From the human T2T-CHM13v2.0 reference genome, Homo sapiens: DNA of 64,000 bases. The stretch is from assembly GCF_009914755.1 (NCBI RefSeq), contig NC_060926.1, one strand, 5' to 3'. Positions 40,337-52,001 of the stretch are shown in pieces. The position numbers were made by a program, and so were the translations under genes. Position 1 is the stretch's first letter; the number at the start of each line of letters is the position of its first letter. The notes beneath the pieces are model-generated. The model was not told where the DNA came from. It saw only the letters and a program-made list of their open reading frames with translations, and searched no databases.

Positions 40337-42404
40337 TCAATAGTGGGAGTTCTCACTTTCATATTTACTACCCATGTCTTCTTGCAAGACAGATCGACAG
40401 TGATTCATATAGTACACTTGTGCTGAAGCATTTTGGTGAACTAAGGTAGCAATGAAGCTTTTTATCATTTGAAGAAGTACAGGTAGCAAACAAGGGAGCA
40501 GTAAGTAGCTTCCTATTACTATTATAACTCTTATTATAAGAGTTTTAAATCCTCTTAGCGCTGGGAACCATTTTCTAAACATGGCCCCAGCATCAAATCC
40601 ATGCCACACTTGCACGGGCAAATGTGCCAGTTTTGTCATATCTCTAACTATGTCTTCAACTACTTGCCCTTGATTATCTATGTGTAGGCAGCAATTAGTA
40701 AGGTCAAATTTCCTACAGACCTCTCCTTCAGCTGCTAGCAAGTGGTCAAGAACTAATCTATTTTGATAGATAGCATTTCTCATCTGAGTTTCTTGCCAGG
40801 CCAGAATAGTCAAGGCTCTGCCCGTTTTATTAGTGATTATTTTTAAGACAGCTTGTAACCATATGATTCGGTTGATCATGTAAATGGGGGTCCGGTATCC
40901 CCACGAGCCGTCTTGTGCCCAAGTAGCAGGCCCATAATATTGTATGATTCTCTCAGGGGGCCATTTATCATTTTTTCAATTTTTTATAGTTATGCTTCTC
41001 TATTCACGGGAAGCATAGACAGGGAAGCCAGGAGTTCACCTGTTTTTATGGGCAGTAGGAAGAAAGATGGTTTAATCATGCCAGTAACACAACTACCTGC
41101 CTACTGGTCAGGTAAGTTGGTGTAAGCTCTATGCTGACATATCCAGTATAATCCAGTGGGGGCTGTCCAGTCCCGGTGGGACTCTGGGTGGGTCCACACG
41201 GTTTGCAACTTTGGGAATTTACTAAATGGATTTCTCTCTGTGTGATTCAAACTCCACCAAGTGATTGTTTTTGTGGTACCATTGTACAGTTTCTGTCTCA
41301 GACAACTAAGTCATCCTATGGGGTGAGTGAATTCTTTTCCTTCTCTAGCTATGCAATATTGTCCAATAATTGAGGCTTTTAGGACCCAGAAATTATCAGG
41401 GTGATTCTTTTGAGCCAGGAATCCCTCAGGAATTGGGTCTGTATGTACTAATTCTTGGGCTTCCCATGGCCATTGATCTCCTATTACAGTTCCTCCACAT
41501 ACATAACGTGAAGTGACATTGAGAGACTGGGCTACGTGCTCGGCTAATTGCAAAAACAAATTTCTTGTTTTTCCTGGAATTTCTGGTACTGACACATTTA
41601 GTTCATCATAGAAAGTTTGAGACGTTGGCTCTGGAGAGCGTTTGTAAACTTCTCCTCGAACCAAGATACTTACTCGAGGATCCAGTCTGGCCCCGTCGAT
41701 TCCTAAGATCACACGCTTCTCTTTTTCCCAGCGAGGTTCAAGGGGATGGGTTATTACTAGCTCTAAGGGGTTACATTGTCCCTTAGTAGAGGAAGGGCCA
41801 TTTTTTTCCTTTCTGAAGGTGGACTGGATCCTTTTCATTTTTTTTAAATCCAAGTGGCCTAAATGACACAAGACCAGTATTTACATTTATTTCCACACAG
41901 TCCTAATTTATGACAGATGTATTTATTTTCTGCCATATAGCCTCTTTTCTAATTAAGAGAACCACACCTCATTTCTAACTTATTACTATTAATGACAGCA
42001 CAGGCATCAAATTTTAAGGTGACTTGTTTGGGCACCCTTTTTTCTTCTGTTTTGGCTAAAACTTTACTCATATAGTTTATGAGCCCCCATCAGTCCTCAG
42101 TCCTTAATCTTATTTTAAAAACTGTGGTTATGGGAGGCTCAGATGGGTCATAACACACATCAGGTTGGTTATTTCCTGGGCTACCTACCTTGTATAGAAT
42201 AACATTATACAAACAAGTTCTTTTTAGAGTTCCAGTACACTTACAATAACCATAAAATACTAGGACCATAGCAACCTTTTGTCCTACCTCACTGACTTGA
42301 TGTATACACTGGGAACATTCCTCAGTCTGAGGAAGGTCAGTTGAAGTCCCTACTGTAAAAGTCCAAATTTTAAGGAAAATGAGTCCTGCGATGAGTTTCC
42401 TCAT
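40337..42404 (-). pseudogene. env: HERV-E-type env, disrupted; TM segment open (40337-40879, 180 aa)
   Basis: Signal peptide MRKLIAGLIFLKIWT and Cys-rich SU fragments with stops and frameshifts. The furin site reads RE*R. TM retains the [23 protein letters not shown]6CC ([10 protein letters not shown]) and a hydrophobic anchor. Confidence 0.93.
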
Positions 42405-42534
42405 GCTTTGGCCTTGCGTGGACCAGTCAGCTTCCGGGTGTGACTGGAGTAGGGCTTGGCATCTTCTTCAGAGTCACTTTGCAGGGGTTGGCAAAGCTGC
42501 TCCCATCCATGTACTGCTCACATTCTACTGATGT

Positions 42535-43023
42535 TTAAGGATGGTCTCGGAGGTTGGGCCTGCTAAAATAAACTGAGTCCAACACCTCTACACAGTTATG
42601 TTTAACTGGGCTCTCTGATCCCAGGAGCAAGGTGCTGGGGTTTAGGGTGTTGCAAACTTCAATGGTTATGTGGGGATTTTCACATAGCAAGCTTTGGTAC
42701 TTGGTTAATCTAGCATTTGTTAACCAATGATGTCCTTTAGTAGTCACTGAAGTTACCACAGCATGGGGGTCCTTTATATTCAGGTTTTGCCTAAGGGTTA
42801 GTTTATCTGCTTCTTGTGCTAACAGGGCCGTTGCTGCTAGGGCCTTTAGACCTGGGGGCCAGCCTTTGGAAACCCTGTCTAGTTGTTCTGAGAGATAGGC
42901 CACTGGCCTTGGCCAGGGCCCCACAGTCTGGGTTAAAACTCCAACTGCCATTTTTTCTCTTTCTGACACATAGAGTGTAAAGAGTTTTGTCAGGTCAGGT
43001 AGCCTCAGGGCTGGGGCCGACAA
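42535..43023 (-). pseudogene. pol: pol remnant: RT connection/tether to start of RNase H
   Basis: APALRLPDLTK, GVLTQTVGPWPRPVAYLS, GWPP, LTNARLTKYQSLL and LNPSTLL are gammaretroviral Pol motifs. The RT core, most of RNase H and the integrase core are absent. Confidence 0.9.
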
Positions 43024-43749
43024 GAGTTTTTCCTTTAACTCATGAAAAGCTCGTTGCTCTTGGTTTTAATAGATGTAGTTTATCTAATCTACATTTTTAT
43101 TAACTGTCACCCACCAAAATGTTGACTCAAATCCTGCAGCTATTTGATTTCAAGCTTTAAATTGATCTGGTATTCCTTGTGGGACTCCAGTTGCATCTAA
43201 ATAGACATGAGAGTCGAAAGACCCCTAAGGGGCTTCTCTCGCTTTATGATGTCTTATTTTTTTTTTCTTCTGGTTGATGAAATGCCAGGGCGAAAGGGAT
43301 AGCCAATTGGATTAAAGTACAAGTGCCACTCCAGTTATTCGGCAGAGTGCCCAGTAAAGGTCCACCCCAATAGCACCACACATCCATTCAGGGATGAACT
43401 AGGGCTGACTGATGGATAAGCTCTTGAAAATTCTTAAGCTCTCTGCATCCTTTCAGGTCTCCAAGGAATGCTGTTTCCTCCCTGTCGTGAGAGACACGAA
43501 GTGAACTTAGTGTTGGGAGACGGAGGATGGATGGCCCTCTGGGGCTGACCCGCAGGGTGTCGGACTTTGGGATACAGCAGAGAGAGCTTGGCATGACTTA
43601 TTACTCCAGGCTGTAGAATCCTGGAAAAGAGCTACCATGCAGCCCACACCTGGTCGACTGGAGGACCACCTTAGTGGAAGGGGGACAATCAGGGTCTCTG
43701 GCCTGCCATGTGCACAAGCATAACAATTGCTTTTGTTTAATATGCAGAT

Positions 43750-44333
43750 GAACTATTTGATCCATTTTAACCAGGCATTTGCATCTTGGTATCCTGTCTT
43801 AATTGCTGAAGTTTGTTTTAAGTCTTCAACTCTATGATCCTCTGGTAAAATGAATGTATGCTTTTAGGAAATTACAAAAACCGGCTGGGGCAGTCCATCC
43901 TTGCTCTTTAGTGGTCCACAGAACGTTGGACCAACTATGGCAACTACATTGGGGGGCAAGACTCCTGGTTGGTACTGGGGTCTTTATCGAAATCTCCCTG
44001 GATTCAATGGTCCTAGTTTACCAATTCCCAGTCTGAGGAGAGTCAGGAGGGACAGAAGTACTTTTCTGAAGTAGAGAGCTGTCTTTGACTTGGCAAGTCC
44101 CCACAGGGTATAACAAGACAATCATTAAATGCAGTAGTTTGAGGCAAAATTGACTTGGTTATGTTAATAACTAGATGGTCAGCAATAGAACGAGGAAAGA
44201 AGAAAGAGTAATAGAATAGATGAAAAGAGTTACATTTTTCTTAGCTTTAGTTTGGTAGGGTTTTCCCCTGGGACTATGGCCCACGACTCTGGAGGGGGTG
44301 GCACTTTCTTGACTTGGGTGTGATGAGTCCATC

Positions 44334-44365
<32 letters not shown>

Positions 44366-44480
44366 ACGAACAGCAGTCTTGGTGGTTAGCAGCACAGGGT
44401 AGGGTCCTTCCCAGGCTGGCTCGAGTTTTTCTTCTTTCTACCCTTTGATGGGAACGTGATCTTTAGGCTGGTGCTGGTTT
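43750..44480 (-). pseudogene. Second integrase C-terminus plus env SU remnant (HERV-I/IP-like segment)
   Basis: KLEPAWEGPYPVLLTTKTAVRTA-[polyA]-WTHHTQVKK is the integrase GPY/F tail. WSNVLWTTKEQGWTAP near 43880-43935 resembles an SU. Confidence 0.7.
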
Positions 44481-46049
44481 ACTGGAAATTCTAGGGGTGG
44501 TACATGTGCTAAAAGACTTAGTTTTTGAGAGAAAGGAAAGTGGAAGATAAACCAAGTATATGATTTCTAAGAAATTAACCTTTTGTTTTAAATGTAGGGA
44601 CTTTGGCAGTGGACTTTATAGGCCTTAGTGCCTTTTTACTGATAAATTTCCTTTAGCACCTATTTTTATTAGTTTTTAGACCAAAGAAAGCTAAACACTA
44701 TTTTATATTTAGTAATGCTTTTTGTATGATTTTTATACCAGATAAGCTAAATTTTATCTTTATATTAGTGTGTTATTAATGTTAAACCTAATTTTAATAA
44801 AACCTTGTAGACATATTTATCTAATTTTTAATGTTTGACTATAAGGTAAGATTTTATAGACTCTTTTTAACCTTTTATACTTTTTGCTAAAGAGCAGGTT
44901 GGTGCTTTAAGAAAAACCTGTTATGCTTTTACTTTAATGTCCAGTTCACAGAAAAACTGGATGATACATCTTTAACTTTAGCTAATATGTTTACACACAG
45001 AATTTTCTTTACAATTAACATTTTAAAACTTGCTTAAACCTTCAAAACAATATTTTTTTTAACTTTTTAATGTAGGTGAAAATGTACAATCTTATGCCTC
45101 CTTATAATCCTTTTACCAAAGGTATATTTTACTTTTCTTATACACCTTGTACATAAACTGTTTGTTTTTTTTTTTTCAATAGTTTTACATTTAGGAGGCC
45201 TAGTTACTTTTAAATTACACAACGTATTTTGCATAAATTCTTTTTTTAACACACTTTTTTTAATAACCTTTTTTTTCTTTCACAACTTTTACAGGCAATT
45301 TTTCGACCTGCCTTAACTTTCTGACTTATTACATACATTTCTTTCTTTAAACAACCAGTTAATTTATTTCAGGACAAGAATTTACCATATAACATTCTTT
45401 TTATATAAATTCTGCCCCCTCCCCTTTTTTTCTCTCTCTTTTTTTTTTTCGAAGATGATAACCATTCTTTTCCAAAGCAAACCTTTTTTTTTATGTCTGT
45501 GGACTAGACTGTCTAAGTCTGCAAGAATAGAAGTTACTATAATACATGTTACACTGTTAACTTTTAGCAAACTTTACTTTCATTGAAAACCTTGTAAGTT
45601 TGGGATTTTAATTATCCTTTGCTATTAATAAGACCTTGTTTTGTCCAAATTAGAATTGGTATACATGGCTTTTTTTTTTTTCAATTACCCGGGAGGAACC
45701 ATCGATCATCCTGTCCTGGAGGGAGTTCCTCCTAGGTCTGATAAGACCTTTTATGGTAATTAAGATTTAGATCCCCTGTTACGAAACCTGCTGGGTTAAG
45801 GGAATTTTCAGTGGTTAATGTTAAATCATTTTTCTTTCTTTCTTTCTCTCTTTGACTTTGTCTCTCTCTCACTTTCCTTTTGCCTCTGTCTCTTTCTCTT
45901 TCTCTCTGCCTCTCTCTTTCTCTCTCTCTCTCTCTCTCCTTGACTCCCTCTTTGTCTGTCTCTTCCTCTCTGTCTCTTTCCTTTCTCTCTCTCTGCTGGT
46001 CTTTCCTTGCCTCTGCCAGCCGCTTATGCTGCGGTTCTCTCAACCACGG

Positions 46050-46332
46050 TGTGTTGGGGGCGGGGGGTCTAAAACCAGCTGTAACCAAGTGTCTATGAAC
46101 GGGAGCTGGTCTGGGTGCCCTGGCTTACCGGTTACCTTCTGCCATACCTTTGAAACAGGAGACGTGTCCAGGCTTCCTTCTAATGGCCAACCTACCTCTA
46201 ATGCTGGCCAGTCTTACACAAAGTTTTAAGTGTTCCTGGTGTCATAGTACTCCATAGTCTCCTTTAAATCCTTTTTTTGAAATTTTTCAACATAGTTCCT
46301 AGTGGGGTGGGCTTACTTTGTACCTCACCCAT
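46050..46332 (-). pseudogene. gag: gag matrix N-terminal remnant (HERV-E-like)
   Basis: Translates MGEVQSKPTPLGTMLKNFKKGFKGDYGV, then after frameshifts DWPALEVGWPLEGSLD, and is truncated into a CT-rich tract. Confidence 0.8.
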
Positions 46333-46972
46333 GTTTCCTCGAGACAAAACATCATGCTCACACCACACGTGCACCACAAAACAAAGAATGGGTAAAAAGG
46401 GCACACACGCACTTTTGTAGTTTACACCAAACCAAAATCAAAACCAAAATCAGAGTATCCGGAAATCCAAGCCAGGTCAAAACCAAAACCAAAGTATCAA
46501 GCAATCCAAGTCAAGTCAAAAACAAAAACCAAAGGCCGGTACAGGCACACCGTGGGTGATCAGGCCACGCTTCCACTCAAATGGAGTGGGCAAGTTCCCA
46601 AGACCGGTCCTGTCAAGTAATTCAAACCAAGTCAAAACCAAAACCAAAGTGCCGATAAAGGCATGTCGTGGGTGATCAGGCCATGCTTCCACTCAAATGG
46701 AGTGGGCAAGTTTCAAAGACTAGTCTTACCAAGTTTTAGATGTCCAGACTCCAAGTGCCTGCTCCTTCATGGTGTTCAGCCACTGTGTTGATCCTCCACG
46801 GTAGCCTGCCACACACTGCTCTGGCGAAGCGTCCAACCGGGGCAAATGCGTACCCGGGAGCGCTCTCAGGATCTGCGTCTCTCAGGCTGGTCAGAGTCCC
46901 CAGCAGGCATGTTCCACAGGGCAGGATTAAGCCGCCTAAGGAGCTGCCTCAACCATCCACCAATCACCTCAC

Positions 46973-46990
46973 TTCCCAGTCAGGGAACCA
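46973..46990 (-). other. Primer binding site, tRNA-Glu
   Basis: TGGTTCCCTGACTGGGAA matches TGGTTCCCTGACCGGGAA (complement of the tRNA-Glu 3' end) at 17/18, 5 nt from the LTR end. Confidence 0.92.
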
Positions 46991-46995
46991 AGAAA

Positions 46996-47508
46996 TGTAG
47001 CAGGACGAGCCACAGACAAAACTCCTCAGACACCCAGTTAAAGAAGGAAGGGGTTTATTTGGCTGGGGGCATCGGCAAGACTCCTGTCTCAAGAGCCAAG
47101 CTCCCTGAGTGAGCAATTCCTGTCCCTTTTAAAGGCTCACAACTCTAAGGGGGTGCGTGTGAGAGGGTCGTCATCGATTGAGCAAGCAGGAGGTACATGA
47201 TTGGGGGCTGCGCGTGAGAGGGTGGTCATCGATTGAGCAAGCAGGAGGTACGTGACTGGGGGCTGCATGCACTGGTAATTAGATCGGAACAAAGCAGGAT
47301 AGGGATGTTCACAGTGCTTTTCTATACAATGTAATCTGTAGATAACATAACCAATTAGGTCAGGGGTTGATCTTTAACTACCAGACCCAGGGTGTGGCGC
47401 CGGGCTGTCTGCTTGTGGATTTCATTTCTGCCTTTTAGTTTTTACTTTTTCTTTCTTTGGAGGCAGAAATTGGGCATAAGACAATGTGAGGGGTGGTCTC
47501 CTCCCTTA
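46996..47508 (-). promoter_or_regulatory. 5' LTR (LTR2-type), 513 bp, with 55-bp U3 duplication; proviral promoter
   Basis: Homologous to 39852-40313, with an extra 55-bp unit and a 4-bp deletion. TATA-like TTTAAAAGG near 47125-47133 on the minus strand. Confidence 0.9.
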
Positions 47509-47759
47509 CTACCATTTATGAACTATGGGCTTTCCATTGAAGAGCCATGTAAAGAGTCAGGGAACCCTGGCCAACACCCTGCTACTTATGACACATGTGA
47601 GCAAAGCCCTGCTAGACTGGCCCACTAGACTGCCTCAACAGAGCTGCCATCTGACTGCAGCTGCACAAGTCAGCTCCCAGGAAACAAGTAGGAAATCTGC
47701 TTGGAGTTACATATACGGTATAATGGTACAGTCTTCAAGACTATATGGGCTTAATATAA

Positions 47760-50700
47760 TTATAAATATTTAAATAATTGAAGGAAATAGAGAGTCCAAA
47801 AATAGCCCATAAAATATACGGCCAATTTATATTTGAATTGTTTCAAAGGCAATTCAATTGAATCTGATATGTTTCAACAATGGTGCTGGTAGAATACACA
47901 TGAGGAAATAAGCCTTGTTCCACACACACAAAAAAACCTAAAAATGTAAATGGAAAATGGAAAAGTATAACATTTCTAGAAGAAAAAGCAAAAGAAAATC
48001 TTTGTGATATTGACTTAGGTAACAGTTGGATACTACATCAGAAGATGAAATATAAAATAATAAATTATAAATTAAGCTGCATCAAAATTAAACCTTTTGC
48101 ACTTCAAATGTCAGTACTATAAAAATGAAAAGGCAAACCACAGGCTGAGAGAAAAATATGTGAAATATATATCTGACAAAGGCTTTATATCTACAATATA
48201 TAAAGAACTCTTACAACTAAATAATAAAACAATCTTTTTTTAATGGCCAAAAATATTTGCAGTCGCACCAAAAATAATTAGTACATGATATATGATTCTT
48301 TATATAAAACTTTAAAAGCTGCAAACAAATCAATACTTAAAGAAAGTAGGTTGGAAGTTTTCTGGTAATAACAAGATGGAATAATGAGGATGAGCTGCAA
48401 AGGGACATGAAGAAACTATTGGGCATCATGTATATGTTCATTATGATAATTTTGGTATTGATATTCCAGGTGTAAATAGATCACAGCTCTCATAAAACTG
48501 TATACTTTGGTATGTGTACTTTATTTTATATGTATATATAAAATATATATTTAATAGATGTTATATCTAAATTATTTTGGTCAAATTGCAGAAAATTAAA
48601 AAATATATTTATCTGACACATAATATATCCTATGTGTTGAAGATATAAAAGCAAGTTAATTAAATATAAGCTTTCCCTCAAAAGGTTGTATCTATAATAG
48701 CATACTACCTAGCCCGGTAATAAGCACACTGAAAAGACTACCTGTTTTTGAAAGTCTGACCCATAAAGTGAGTGGTGAAACAAGGAAGCAAGCAAAGGAA
48801 GAAATAATAATAAATAAATAAATTTAGTTTTGCTTAGTTCTCATTTAAACTTTACCAACATGTACATTGTTCTTCAAAAATACAGAATGTGATTTATACG
48901 AAAATTATATTGTGAATCCTAGGGCAACCACAAAGCCAGGGTAAAACAAAAGAAAGCAAACTAACCAAACAGAAGACAGTAATAAAGAAAGTGATTTTAA
49001 AAAGTATAAATGAAAGCTAATAATTGGGTAAAATATACTCAATCCAAATGCAGGCAGAGTGCAAAGTGGTCAAAGGACATTTGAAGCAAACAGAAAACAG
49101 GTAGCAAAATAGAGGTTTTAGTCCAAAAATAATAATAAATGAGTAATTCTTTAATCATCTAATTATATGCAGAACATAAACCTTGACACACACACACACA
49201 CAGCATATATAAAAATTAGCTCAAATTGATCATACACCTAAATGCATTACCTAAATCTATAAATTTTCCAGAGTAATATCTAGAAGAAATTTTTTAACCT
49301 CGGTTTAGGCAAAAAAATTCTTAGAAATCACACATGTAAACACACACACACACACAAACACACACAAATAAGAACTGACAAATTTGACTTTAACACATTA
49401 AAAACTTCTGCTATTCAAAAAATTCAGTCTTAAGAAAATAAAAAGATGAGTGATGCACTGGGGAAAATATTTAAAAACTATAACCAATAAATGATATGTA
49501 TATGGAATGTATAAATAATATTCAAAACTCAACAATAAAAAAGGGCAAAACTTTGAAGAGCATCTCTCTATATATACATATATATGTAAATTTTATATAG
49601 AAAATAAGTATATAAATACATGCTTAACATCAGTCTTTCATAAAATGTAAATTAAAATCACAAAGCGATGCTACTGCCCATCTGTTTGAATAGTGTATTT
49701 GTTTCCTAAGGCTGCCATAACAAATGGCCTCAAATGGGATGGATTAAAACAACAGAAATGTATGATTTCAGAGTTCTGGAGGCCAAGAGTGCAAACTCCC
49801 TTCTGCAGGCTTTCAGGTAGAATCCATGTCATGTCACCTTCTGACTTCAGGTGGTTTTGGCAATTCTTGGTGTCCTTGGCTTGTAAATGCATTAGTGCCA
49901 TCTCTGCCTCCATCTACACAGGGTCACTCTCCCTGTGTGTCTCTGTCGACTACCCCTTATTTTCGTGTATTAGGGCTTGTCAGATTTTAGTACCCAACCT
50001 ATTCCAAATTGAACTCATCTTGAGAATCTTATGTTAATTTCATCTGCACCCTGATTCCAAATAAGTTCTAATTCTGAAGTCTTGGGGACATGTGGCTTTG
50101 GGGGATTGTAACTGAACCCACTACATAGTTAAAATAAGTGTTGTGTTTTCTTGTGCGTGTGACACAATTGGGTCCTGATGATGATAGAGACAAACTGTAT
50201 TGTTTATGCATCATTCATGAACATGGGACATGTTACAGTCACTTCAGAAAATAATTTGTTTATTATGATGTTAAACATATAGTTAACATTTGCACTAGCA
50301 ATGCCACTTTTAAGGTATTTATCTGAAAAAAATAAAAATTTGTATATACACAAAATCTGTTATTTGAAATTTCACAATAAGGCTTTGTTCCTAATTACTC
50401 CAAACTGAAAATAAACTAAATGTTTTTAGACTGGTAATATACCACATAGTGCATCACACAACAGAATACTTCTCAACGATAAAAAAAACTAGTGGTATAT
50501 GTAACACATAGAAAAATCTCAAACACATAGTGCTAAATGAAGGAAGCTAGGCTCAGAAAACCACACATTGGATGATTCCACATACATGAATTTTTGGAAA
50601 AGGCAGCACTAAAGAAAATGAAAATATCTCAGTGGTTATTAGGTTGCCAGACACATGGTGTGAGGGTAAGTGTTAACTACAAAAGGACATGGGGGAAAAA

Positions 50701-50780
50701 AAGGGCATGGGAGAATCTTTGGGAGTGATGCATATCTTGATAATGGGGTTATATATCCTCAATAAATCTGATAAAAATAT
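47760..50780 (+). mobile_element. Ancient L1M 3' fragments
   Basis: A-rich L1 ORF2-end/3'UTR-like tracts (AAAATGAAAAGGCAAACCACAG, ATATAAAGAACTCTTACAAC, TGCTAAATGAAGGAAGC). Boundaries are approximate. Confidence 0.7.
49694..50125 (-). mobile_element. MLT1B/C-type LTR in L1M
   Basis: TGTATT.GTTTCCTAAGGCTGCCATAACAAAT...AAACAACAGAAATG...CCCACTACA. Confidence 0.8.
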
Positions 50781-51621
50781 TGAAGGCATGGTCTCATTGA
50801 ATTTGATCACTATGCCAATTGAATTAAATAGGAATTTATAGCTTTGTCTCTAATATCTTAAGAATAAATATTCATATATGTTACTTAAATTCAGGATTTT
50901 AAAAATTACAAATCCCACAGGCTTACAATGATTTCACGCTGCTCCTAAAGTGCAATATAGGGTAAGTGACACACTGGAAGTTAGACACACAAGGGCAAGA
51001 ATAACTATTCATCCAAGGCCAAGGTCTCGGTAAATAAATAAAAGAAAAAGTCACATTGTGCCTCAACAGTCTGAATCACGGGAGGTATTCATTGGAGAGA
51101 AAATAAGGAAGCAAACATCATCAGGTGCTCTTCATCTGAATAGAAGAATATCAGTACGATGTTCTGATTATATAAAGTTGTTTGTTTCCCCTTACACTCA
51201 CAAAAACATTTTTATTTTGCGCTGCACATGTTAACCCTGACGCCATTCCTCATACCCCCATTAAATAAATGGACTTTGGATTCCAAACTCAGTCCAAATG
51301 GCTACAGAGTGAACAATTTAGTCACCACGGCTGTTGAACATTATAAAGAGATAGCCCCTTCGATCTCCTTCTAATCTAAAAAATTCATTCCAAGCGTAGT
51401 TTTCATATAACTGGAGGACAGTTGTTTGAGGAGGGGAGGAGGATTGGAAACAGTTTGTTTTCTCTTCCCTCGTTCCTCTCAGTGGATTCAGTGGATAAAG
51501 AGCAGGCACACATTACAATAAACATTTTTATGGTCCCCAACATTAGGCATATAAATCCTACCTGTCTTCACACACTTACACACTAAAACTCCCACAGAAA
51601 GGGGGAAAATTAGAAAAGGGG

Positions 51622-52001
51622 TGATATAATTTGACTCTGTGTCACCACCCAAATCTCATCTTGAATTGTAATCCCCGTAATTTCTCACCTGGCAAGAGTG
51701 GGACCAGGTGGAGACAATTGGATCATGGGGGCAGTTTTCCCCATGCTCTTCTCGTGATAATGATTGAGTCTCATGGGATCTGATGATTCTATAAGTGTCT
51801 GGCTTTTCTCCTACTTGCACTCACTCCATCCTGCCACCCTGCGAGGAAGGTGCCTGCTTCTTCTTTGCCTTCCGCCGTGAGTGTGAGTCTCCTGAGGCCT
51901 CCCCAGCAATGTGGAACTGTGAGTCAATTAATACTTCTTTCCTTTATAAATTACCCAGTTTCGGGTATTTCTTCATAGCAGTGTGAGAACGAACTAATAC
52001 A
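51622..52001 (+). mobile_element. THE1 solo LTR
   Basis: TGATATAATTTG...AACTAATACA with perfect TSD AGGGG (51617-51621, 52002-52006). Confidence 0.92.

Larger units (their letters stand above)
39852..47508 (-). mobile_element. Harlequin/HERV-E-type endogenous retrovirus, full proviral structure, defective
   Basis: Paired LTR2-type LTRs, TSD CTAC (39848-39851, 47509-47512), tRNA-Glu PBS, PPT at ~40314-40325, and gag/pol/env remnants. Confidence 0.95.
39611..47700 (+). mobile_element. MLT1F/G-type LTR split by the Harlequin provirus (pieces 39611-39851 and 47513-~47700)
   Basis: TGTGGTAG...AATGTGACTTTGC...GGCCTTG..AATTGCTTTGG on the left continues as GACACATGTGAG...GACTGCAGCTGCAC on the right of the provirus. 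Confidence 0.7.

Noticed and set aside
45732-46229. ER-rich and SL-rich ORFs
   Set aside because: They are products of the (CT/GA)-rich tract inside the provirus.
39852-47508. Possible HERV-H (LTR7) or an intact, domesticated env gene
   Set aside because: The LTR sequence and tRNA-Glu PBS indicate LTR2/HERV-E type, and env has several stops including one at the furin site.
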